Source: Epiperipatus broadwayi (taxonomy: Eukaryota > Animalia > Onychophora). From it: a DNA stretch of 64,000 nucleotides. A program made the position numbers and the translations under genes. The notes under the pieces were generated by a model that saw only the letters and a list, made by a program, of their open reading frames with translations, had not been told where the DNA came from and did not search any database. The DNA is taken from assembly GCA_028023455.1 (NCBI GenBank), contig JAQFVV010000007.1:11160001-11224000 (forward strand), given 5' to 3'. Every line of letters starts with the position of its first letter. Positions within the stretch are counted from its first letter, which is position 1. Positions 53,301 to 64,000 of this stretch are shown here, in pieces.

Positions 53301-53703
53301 GAGCATTGCTTCTGGAGAGAGCTCATTTTCCAGGCTAAAACTAATAAAAAACTATCTGAGATTGATAATGAATCAGGATAGATTAAATAGTTTAGCCATT
53401 ATGTCGATTGAAAGTGAAGAAGCAAGAAAATTGGATTTTCAAACTATTTTAAAAGAATTTACAGAACAAAAACTTAGAAATATGTAAATTCATATATTCA
53501 TATTCAATGATGTACATTTATATTCAATAAAATGAAATTGTTTTTGTATTTTGTACATTTTTATTTTTTAATATATGTAGAAGTTTACCTATCTTATGAT
53601 CCATGATATTTGATTTATATATATATTGAATTTGCAATTTATTTAAATATTTAATATATAGAGGGCCCCACAAAAAAAATCCGATCGGGCCCCGCATTCC
53701 TAA
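50383..53703 (+). mobile_element. Decayed hAT transposon with left TIR; right TIR not found
   Basis: Left end CAGGCCCGGATTTAAGG with GGGCCC subterminal repeats. Right subterminal GGGCCCC repeats at 53662-53693. No matching terminal ...GGGCCTG or TSD seen. Confidence 0.85.
51031..53487 (+). pseudogene. hAT transposase (ZMYM1-like) with several stops and frameshifts
   Basis: PWIIYSESEDRIFCFYC, AFRG, ILDCTSD, RGQGYDNGSNM, RWE, and VSIASGESSFSRLK (ER changed to ES) across ORFs 51031-51771, 51938-52282, 52431-52634, 52652-53071 and 53119-53487. Confidence 0.9.
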
Positions 53704-56700
53704 GGTACTGTTGCTGAAAAAACAACGTTTAGAGTGGAAGGGTGATTTGACATTATATATAGAACAGAAAAATATCTACACCTGTTAAACCTAGTATAAG
53801 GTTTCATGCACAGACCGAATAAAACTGAAAAGATAAAAATCCAATCAGGCTTAGAGCTTGTTTCAAATAGTTGGTTCATAAGCAAACTAAATAGTTATCC
53901 AATATTGATTGGTAAACAGGTCTCCATCATTCAGATTCTATCAAGAATGGAAAAGCATTTAATTACTGATTCTTTTTATACAATTGATATGCATGTTTTT
54001 TGTGTCTTCTTTTTTCTTTAGAATGCCTATTAGAAAGAAGATCGTTTTTTTAATGATCTATTTAAAACTGGATCAATTTTTATATATATGCATATTATTA
54101 TTAGAAGAGTTGCAGTATAGGTATAAAAACAATAAATTGTGGTTCCATGCATCGCAGAAGAATATATCTTCTACTTATATATTCATTTTTCAAGACAGGT
54201 TATATCCTATAGTTAATTTATGAATTATTTAAATAATAATAAAAAAAATTAAATAATATATAAGTACGGCTTTCTTTTCTTTTTTTATTTGCAAAACTTA
54301 AACTTTTTTAAAGCTTGTTGTTTGGAAGTTGTAGAAAACTAAAATTCGTTACAACTTTTATCTGTGAACTTATGACCTTAAACGACATTATTAAGAAGTA
54401 ATCGAACGGATCTGTTCATTGTGGAGAAATTTGAAGGGTCAAGTTGTTTACAAGCATAGGCAGTATCTAGTTCCCGGTCTTAGTATCAGTAATGGAGGCT
54501 GTTATCCCTGCAACAGAAAATCTTTAAGTATTACAACAGTCAAATATTTATTGTAAATCCTCATTAAGATGCAGGAGGTAAATAAAATGATGAATCCGCC
54601 GTGCTCTAGAATGGCTGGGTCACTTGTCTGGATCCAGCTGATAACACATCACCAATGAATTTTTCTGAGTAGATGATGTCTGTTCGGAGATCGCTAATAT
54701 TGTTCTCTGACTTATATTTCATTCTTTAATAATGATGCTTACGCTCCTGCTTAAATCTAACATTTACTCTGACAATTCGAATTGATTTGCTTTGTTGTTT
54801 GATAAATATTTACAAAATATTTTGGAAACTTATTTTATTTTTAAAACGTTCACAATACTATGAGCATTACCATAAACGCGTGTGTGTATATATATACCAA
54901 ATATGTTTCAATAATATTATTTACAATTTATTATCTACATATAAAACAGCGTATAAGTAGTTCATTTAAAAAAAAATATTATTCCAGCGAATTTTAACAA
55001 TTTCAGCCTGGATAGAAATTCTATATGTAATATACATGTATTTAGGTAATATGACTTTTGCATACAAATAAAATCAGAAGGCTGAGGCCATCTGATTATT
55101 TTACAAAATGGCCTTACTATTACTGACCTGACAGTCACAGTGATTTTTTGTGGGTCGCTAAAATATAAGGTTTTAGCCCATTTTGAATGTATGAGAGAAC
55201 AATATGCTGATATTCTTGACAGAAACTTCATCCTGTGAAATAACTCTGCCCTCTTTATCGTGTAGAAGAATCACCTGCCATCACTCACCAACTTCTGGCT
55301 GTTAGCCTTCAGATACATAGTTTTACTTTTTAATTTTGAATAGTTTACTTTGTAAGGTTTTTTTTAAAGATCGCTGACCAATAGTCATCATAATAATTAT
55401 TTAGTCATTGATTGTAGAGGATAAGTTAGCTATTATTAACTAAATATTTGAAATACTAACACTCTTCACATACCTGAAGCTTAGTTGTAAATACAGGGAT
55501 TTGAACTCAGACTTTTAAGCATCCTTCAATTATCCACACTATCTCATGCAACTGATACACATGACCACACACATGTAGAAAAGATAAATAATCACCTATA
55601 CATGTATTTCATGTTAAACCAGCTCTCATCAGTTGGTCCAGATTATCATCTCCCACACATATATATAATCAGTGCCCAGTTTATATTCAGATAGCAAATC
55701 TTTATACTTTAATGGATAAGCTTCAATCTTCTCCAACCTCCAACTTTTCAGAGATCCATACCATTGAAAATCTGATTCTGTAAAGCCCAAATCCCAATAT
55801 TATTAGTTTGAGTTCAAATCCCCTATATTTACTATTATTAACTACAAAATAAAACAAATCAAGAAAGTATAAAATTCTTTATTGGCTGCATTATATTCAA
55901 TAACCCATTATATTGACTTCAAAGCCACATATGATAGGATTGAATAATCAATAGACAATTAAATGATAATACAAAAAAAGGATTCTGAAAGTTTGATCAT
56001 TGCCTATTATCCATTGATCATGAGTAAATAATAGTAAAATGTAGTTATTGAAAATAAAGTAAAAAGCCATGTGCTGTTTTGGTGTTAAAATCTTTAGTTT
56101 TTGAATAACCTGGCTTTGCTTTTCATCCTTATTTCTTTGTAGAGATATCTTGAGAGGTCTTAGTTTTACAGTGGATAGTATCACTGTCTTGTCTTAAATA
56201 GTATAATAGGAGTAAATCTTTCAATTAGTACTTGAAAGTTTTCTGTAATACTTTTTTTATTAAGATAAAATTTTGTTTACCAAAAATGGTTTGTTGCTTA
56301 GGAGTTCATAAGAAGTTTGAGCATGGGAGTAACAGATCTGGGCTGCAATTCATGGTCCTAAAAAGTTTTTGCTTTTTACAATATATCAAAATATTAAGGT
56401 GTGGGTAGACATCCATAAACATGTGTTTAGGCAATTTAATGAGTAAAGATTTTCCTTGTATTATTTTTTATTTCAAGATTTGAAAATTGTAATATCAAAT
56501 TAAAGAAAATGAAGGCAATAGCAAACTATTGTTAACCATAACATGTATTCATACTAAAATGGGAATTAAATAAAAAAAAATTCAAAGTTCTAAATCCTTT
56601 AACATTGTTAAATATAAGCAGAGGGGGTGTTGTTTCACTAAAGTACAGCTGCTTGTAGTGTGTATATAAAGATCAAGAGACCCTATCATTATTAGCTTAC

Positions 56701-59700
56701 TAACACATCTATATAAATATATAAGTGATAGGCAAAATCGTACCGTTTCTTAGACTACTGGATTGATAATATAAAAGAATTAAAAATCAGCCTAGATACA
56801 TAAAAGCACGAAATCCAATATTATATCTAAACCCTTTACTAATGAGGACCATGGATATTTTTATAATTAATTAAATAAAAATAGCATTTAATTTGTACAC
56901 GCCTACAGTATATGTATATGCAGACACATTTGTTTTTCGGTATGTTTTCACTAAATTCTGGTTAAAAAAAATTTAAACATGTTCTCTGAAGTGAAAGGTT
57001 TTAATTTATTTCTTAATTCACACTCTCTGATCTAATATTTGATAAAGAAAATCATCCATCAAAAGTGGACAGAGGAAACCTTATAAATGCATTTGAATGT
57101 CATATTCTTTTTCATATTGCAGAAATCTTAACATTAATGATGTGAAAAGAGTATTAAGTAATAAAATGGCGTGTCAGAGGGATTCAGTAACCTCTATGTA
57201 ATCGCATCGATAATCTTTTTTTTGTTATATAAACACACCATTTCATTTATTTATTTTCTATTGATAAAATATGTTTAATTTTGTGTAAATAATTAAACGC
57301 ACGGTGTGTGTCTGTGATATCATATAATACATATTTTTTGAGAGCATTTTATTAAATTAATGGTTTAACTTTAACTATTAAAATAGCAGCATCCCAAACA
57401 CTAAAAAATTTAAACTAAAAGAGGTCTAATATATTGCGATTTTATGAAAAAATAATGGTTACATGCCCACTGCTTTTTTTTTTACAACTGTCCTCCTATA
57501 AAAAGAACTCCTTAGCAATATTATGACATATATTATAGTAGCAAATTATTTACTTCTTCCCTTTACATTTGATAACATCAACAACTTTTTCTTACTCTAG
57601 CATCGTCTACTGTCAGCCTGAATGATTAATAGAATAGTTTCCATTTTAATACTGCTCTCCGTTTATTATAATGTATATTACAATATTTTTTAAAAATATT
57701 TTTACTTTTTAATTTCACAATAACTTCTCAGTTTAAAAAATAAAATAATTAATTGCTTGAAAGATCATGTGATGCTTGAATGTTAAATCCATCAGATTGA
57801 ACATTAATCTCGAAACTTTTAACTCTAGAGTGCATCACTTTTCCACTGCACTTGATTTCATGTATTGCTTTTATAGTACCATTCAAAAAGAAGAAACAAA
57901 GATCAACCTTAAATTTTACTAATAAAATAAAAATAAAGGAGATGTTATATTAATAGAATTATATTTGACAGATTAATATAATTTTGGAATGCATAATTAT
58001 CATTCTTTTGCTTTTCTATTTCTTTTTTCTAAGGCTTCTTCTACTAGTCTTTCTAATCTTTTTTATTCGATTCCATTTTTAGGTCTATTTTTATCATAGT
58101 TTTTACTAATGATTCCAATTACTAAATACAAAAAAATTCTATTTTTGAGTCATTCTTATGAAATATTCTTATAAGTATCCATTATACTATACTAAATTTT
58201 CTTGCATCTTTTCTTTTACTACTATAGTTTTTAAATCTTTTTTTTTCAAATAGTCATATAACAATTGTTACTTTTTTTTAATGTCTATTATTCCTTTTTC
58301 TCATCTCTCTTAGATATACTTCTCAAAATATGATCTAATTTGTATACCTTTTGTCTCAAAGACACATTTTAAATTCCTAGAAGTAAGATGTTTATGGGTA
58401 TTTTTTATATTTTAGTAATAAAATTACAAACTTAGAAATTGTTTGTTTGTTTGCCTGAATTAAATCTTGTAACTGAATTTTAATACATTTTTTATCAGAT
58501 GGATTTCTCATAAATTTGGTACATTTCAATGGTAATACCTTTTGATACTAAAGTATTTCATGGTTGTTCAGTCTAACAGTAGTATCAAGTAGAATTTCAA
58601 AAGGTGTGATATTGGTTCAGTAAATTTTCAGTGATGCACCCTAGATGGCAGTATAATTTTTAAAAAAATAATATATACTATCATTGAATATTCATTGAAA
58701 AGCACTTACAATTAATTAAATTAGAAAGAAAATGAACAAAGAACGAATTATCTAATTAAAACTTGTTTTTTTTAAATTGTTGCTTTAATAAAAAATAAAT
58801 AAATTTGTAAACAATTTTGAACCTGTGTGAATTTTATTTCAAAAACTAGAAATGCGATAACATTGTTTACATCCATAGTTTGTAAATTTAAATATGAGTA
58901 ACTAAAATGTTTATTATAATAATTCATAATTAAAAAGTAAAACATAACATATACAAAATTATTTTATAAAAAAATACCACTTATTTTATTCGAGGATTAA
59001 TGTGCTAAAAGTCAAAAAATAATTTTTTCTTGGATCATAATTTGGATTGGCATATTTAATTTAAAATAAAAGTCTGGGGGGGGGGTACCCATAAATTAAT
59101 TAATTCAATCACTATTTTTAAAACTAGTGATTGAAATAATTAATTTATACATATCCTACACTTTTATTTTAAATTAAATATACCAATGTAAGTTGTGGCC
59201 TAAGTAAAAAATATTTTTTGATTTTTAGTGCATTTGTTCTTAAATGAAACCATTTTTTTTTAAATAAAATATTTTATATATATTATTTTCTTTTAGACTC
59301 TCTCTCCCTCTTTGTTTTTTTTTTTAAAAAATGACAGTATATTAAAAAATAAACCTTTTTTAGGCAGTGGGAAAATCAAAATAATGGCATCTCCAATTTT
59401 TCTTTGTTGTACTGTGTAATTAGATAATATGATTATGTTCAAAAATAATTATGGCAGTTTTGTTGATTGAACTAATTTAAAGAAAAAGGTACTATAAAGT
59501 AGAAAAAGAGATAGAAAATGATGAAATAAGTAATTATTGAGTAAAGTTAATGATGGATAATCAAATGATCCAAAGAAAAGAGCAGGATATTGTATAAAAG
59601 ATAAACCTATAAAGTTAATATATCTGTGGAAAGAAAATTTAGAATAATTCTTTAAAAATATGGATTGCTTTATAAATTACATATGTTTTTTAAAAAATTG

Positions 59701-60559
59701 CAATAATTTCCTTTTTGACTTTAGTAGTGATTAGATAACAACACCTGAATCACTCTTTTACATATATGGAACCAACTTTTATTTTAAGTGTTCTTACAAA
59801 ATTATGGATTTTATTATCATATTTTAAAGTAAAACTATATTTCAGTAGCGTACTGTAACTGCAATAAAATAAATTAGAAGTCTTTTAAATAAAGAAAAAG
59901 TAATATTGAAGTATTCATACAATGATATTTCCTCTATCTTTAGTATAATCTCTAATACTGTTTGTGATGCATTGATTATTTTTTTATTTACTGTATGTTT
60001 GATTATTATAATCATTAGATTTTATTTTATTTCCAGCATTATATTACTAACAATAATTTGAATTGAATCAATATTTTTCACTTTTTTTTTTTAATATGTC
60101 AATCTTATAAAGCAGAGTTTAATAAAAGATATATTTTTATTTATTGTATATATATATTAAAATATTTTAAAGAATGTGAAAATATCTTGTCTATTTTACT
60201 TTAGAAAAATCACAGTCAGTGATATAGATAGTGATCAATAAAAACTATAGACACTTTTTGCATCTAAATGGGAAATTTTTAAATGCAATCTGTTATTTTT
60301 GGAGATAAAGTGTTATGGTAAACATATACATGCTTAAAGAAACGGTTTCACAACTATTGTTATTTTCCTTTTTATAATAGATTCTTCCATAAAGAGTTGA
60401 ATGTTATAATTTTTTTACTGGTCCCTGTGAGTATGATTTTTTTAAAAACAAAATAAAACAGATATTTCCACATTCTTAAAAATATTTCAACAATAATGTA
60501 TGTTTAAAACTATTACTTTATAATATATATGTAAATAATAAATAACTCCAATTATATGT

Positions 60560-60915
60560 AGCTGAAGAGAAATACCTGAAAATACCAATGAGTTATATAA
60601 TGTAAATAAATTCAGCAAGAGATAGATGATATCACCTGTCTTTTAGCACTTGTTCTTATGTACGTTTAGTTTATATGGTGATTATTTTCATTTCTTCTAT
60701 AAATATATATAATCAATTTAATCAAATTCACTACCTTTATTAACCAAACATGCAAAGTTTAAAATTAAGTTTTTATTACCTTGTTTAATATTATGTAAAT
60801 AAACTAAGCACATTAAAGAACAAATGCTAAAAGACAGGTTGTACTATCTAACTTTTGAAGAGTTTATTTACACTATGTCACTCACTGGAAGCTCCGGTTA
60901 TTCTGCTTAGTTATA
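60560..60915. repeat. Imperfect inverted repeat (MITE-like or foldback)
   Basis: cacctgtcttttagcacttgttctt pairs with aagaacaaatgctaaaagacaggttg, and the pairing continues outward with more mismatches. Confidence 0.7.
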
Positions 60916-61559
60916 TATATATATTATTTGCATGCATGACCTATTGCATCTGCAGATAAAGTAAATTAATCATTTTCTAAAAGAAAATCTGATGATGAAA
61001 TTACTGAACAAGATATCATGTGTTTCAGTAGAACATAATTCACATATATACTGGTCTCCAGATCAGTTGTCTCATTTACTAGAACAAAAATTTATATTAA
61101 AGAAAAGGTTAAGAATCTATTTTTAACAAAGATAAGATAACAAATTAATAAAAGAAACTGAGGCAATATTGGTCTATAATAGAAGTGTTACGTTCTACTT
61201 AATTTCTACATAAATTTGCTGTTAAATAGTATTTAAAGAATATATCTAAAATTTAAATTGACAACACATTTTTGAATAAACTAGATAGCATATGATAACC
61301 TCACAAAATAGCTAATAAGAGAAGAAAAATGGCCGATTATTACACAATGTTTATTAGAAAGAGAATTGAGGTGTATGTTAATTTAAATATTTTGGTGGCT
61401 TTTTTTAAGTACAAAGGATGACTTAGATGTTGAGGTATCACACAGAGTCCAATTAAGTACTGCTACTTTTAACAAATTAATAATTATAATGTTTCATTAC
61501 AATGAAGTCACATCAAATAAATTTTCTGTATATAAAGTGTCTGTATTATGAGTTTTGGT

Positions 61560-61930
61560 CACTATATTAAAATAACATAAAGGCATTCAAAATTTACTTT
61601 AAAAATGGCTGGATCAGAAGATGAATCAATAAGTTTTTCAACTAGATGAATGTTATACTACAGAGTCTACCCTTGTAGAATCACATTTCCATTGGACTGG
61701 ACATGTGAAATAAATGAATAATGCAAGACTTTGTAAATTGATGTATTACAGTGGACATGAGCATTGTTTCATGAGAGAAACAAATCCTATTTGCATTATG
61801 AAGATCATCTCGAAGACATTGTAAAGAAGTGCAATGCTAATTGTTTTCATGAGAAAAAACATTGCAGAGATTTAAAAAAAAAAACTATTGGAGAGCTATC
61901 ATTACACATGCCTTTAAATTTTAGAAAGGA
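61560..61930 (+). mobile_element. RTE-clade LINE C-terminal fragment
   Basis: FHWTGHVK*MNNARLCKLMYY and LHYEDHLEDIVKKC, similar to LRWxGHVxRMxxxRLPKxxxY and RYKDxLK. Confidence 0.5.
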
Positions 61931-62849
61931 AAAAAAAATTGCAAGTATCTTCTGCTGGTTGTGTTAATGAAGGTAAAGATGCAGACATTAATGAAAAATA
62001 ATTACAACTACATTTCTATATAAAATATATTTTATCATCATGAAAATGACCATTCTAATTCCAGAAAGAACAAGTAGGCAAATAACTGAACTTTGCAATG
62101 ATTATATAAATCAATCTATGCATCACAATTAGGTTTACATATATCACATGTTCACTTTTGAACACTTTTGTTATCTATTAAAACTTTTGTTATACCTGAT
62201 CAATTAAGTGAATCAAGCTTGAACTATAGTTGTTTTTACATAACTGCACATATCATTTACAATAAATAATTATTCAATACTTAAAATTATTGTCAATGTA
62301 TTGTTGACATAAATAATGCAATCAACATAATAATCCAATGTCTTGTTTTCACTAATTCTCAAATAAAAATTCTGTAAGGACTTTAAAGATCTCAAATAAT
62401 ATGAGGCTGTGACTATGCAAAAAGATACTCCCATAAGTTAATTTAGGGATAAAGATTGGTTTATTGTAATATATAATATACTTCTGTGGAAAAGTAGTTC
62501 TAATTTAATAAAATGCAAAATTTAATTACCATAGGCTTTATTGTAAATGCATTATATATTTATCTTATCTGAAATGAATTCAGGATTAAGCCTAAATAAA
62601 TACTGGAGCCAACATTTCTTAATTTTTTGTTTGCCACTTTAACCATGACATTTTGAATATTAATTTTTTTTTACAGTACACATCTGGTTTTAGCACATGC
62701 AATCATTAGATTACTACAAAATGATTGTAAATTTTTATGTAAGTCATTGTCAATTTTTCAAGCAATGTAAAAGTTGTAGTTGGCAATATTAATGTTATAT
62801 CATCTGTAAAATATAAGATGTTTCAATGAAGAAGACTGATTTTTTTATC

Positions 62850-63140
62850 ATTATTTTCAATCACTATTAATCCACTAGGGTAAAGGTATTGCCAAGATTA
62901 ATCCACTCTTCAATATATAACTTTTCTATATCATAAGAAGCTTTATTATGTCATACATGTTCCTCAAATGTGGTCTCTCTCTATGTCTTTTATAATCTTT
63001 TGAGATACTATTTAAGATCATTCATCTATTATCCTCATTTTAGCAATATATTCAGCCCAACTCCATTTCAGTCCCTTATTCTTTCATTCCTGTAAATGAT
63101 AACCATTTGTTCATTTACCATTGTATTTCATTGTTGATAT
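62850..63140 (-). mobile_element. RTE-clade LINE C-terminal fragment
   Basis: LKWSWAEYIAKM, similar to LKWxWAGHIAR. Confidence 0.45.
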
Positions 63141-64000
63141 CTGATTATTTTTACAAGCTTGACCATAGTTGAAAAAAAACCCCATTATTTTAGAAAAACA
63201 TATTTAATTACTAAAACAAATTAAGATTTTGTTTTTCTACCTCTTCCCTGTAGTTTGTTATTACAACTCTATAAAATTCTGAGAATTGTCATTAAATTTT
63301 GGATTTATAAAATTATGTTTACGCTATTTTAAGACTATTGTGTGACCTAATTTAAAAATTGTTTACAAGTAAAACTAAAAGCTGCTTTTATAATTAGTAT
63401 AAAACTAATTTTATTACTATGTATGTAGAATAACAATATCGGAAACGTGTCTATATACATATGTAATTTCAATAAAGTAACCGTAAAATTGACTAATAAT
63501 TTAAGACTAAAATATTTTTAAACTAGAAATCTTTTAAAATGAACACATATCTGTAATATATAGATATTTTATTAAATTACAGACATACCATTTGCATACA
63601 TATGTGTGATTCCACATATATAGTAAGTTATGGTTGTTTAAATGGGTAGTCTAAGAGGTTTAAACCTGGCATAGAGATAGGTATGGGGGTAAAGTATGTG
63701 AAACAGGCAAGTGGATTAAACTGACTGTTTCATATCCTCAAATGTACTTAAAAAACAAATAAAAATGCCTTTACTTAATTTTGGATTATATACAATGATC
63801 ACTCTTGGTATTCATATAAATGTCTAGTTTTAAATTTTACTCCTGTCTAAACTCTCATGCTCCATCCCATAAAGAAAACTTATATAAAATAGAAATAGAT
63901 AAAAAAACACTTCTATCTAAAATAATTAGAACATACTATTTAGAAAAAGAAAATTATATTTATAAAGTGATAAAAACAAATATAAAAGAAATCATATGGT

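Noticed and set aside
54960-59700. Scattered LINE-like snippets (for example LHDKEGRVISQDEV near 55.2 kb) and an apparent GTGAGT...CAG mini-intron
   Set aside because: The motifs are too short to assign, and the spliced product gives no sensible ORF.

Overview
AT-rich eukaryotic DNA with (TA)n microsatellites. CpG is depleted in most old sequence, which suggests a CpG-methylating host, but the organism cannot be identified from this window. I found no host protein-coding gene that I can support; the window is mostly transposon sequence. It holds a near-intact 4.57-kb hAT transposon (35370-39943; 8-bp TSD; one frameshift) with a nested hAT-type MITE, plus two decayed hAT transposases. It also holds a 2.77-kb polyadenylated ORF1-only (HAL1-like) retroelement with an 18-bp TSD, a tRNA-Gly-derived SINE with a 13-bp TSD, and fossils of Penelope-like, RTE, L1/Tx1 and Ty3/gypsy elements. 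Palindromic and inverted-plus-tandem repeats are common. The best finding is a 399-bp tandem repeat with a head-to-head inverted arm (16106-17320). Its unit folds into a type I hammerhead ribozyme with a palindromic stem III, so it is a candidate retrozyme (self-cleaving, possibly circular RNA element). All calls come from manual reading, without database searches or folding software.
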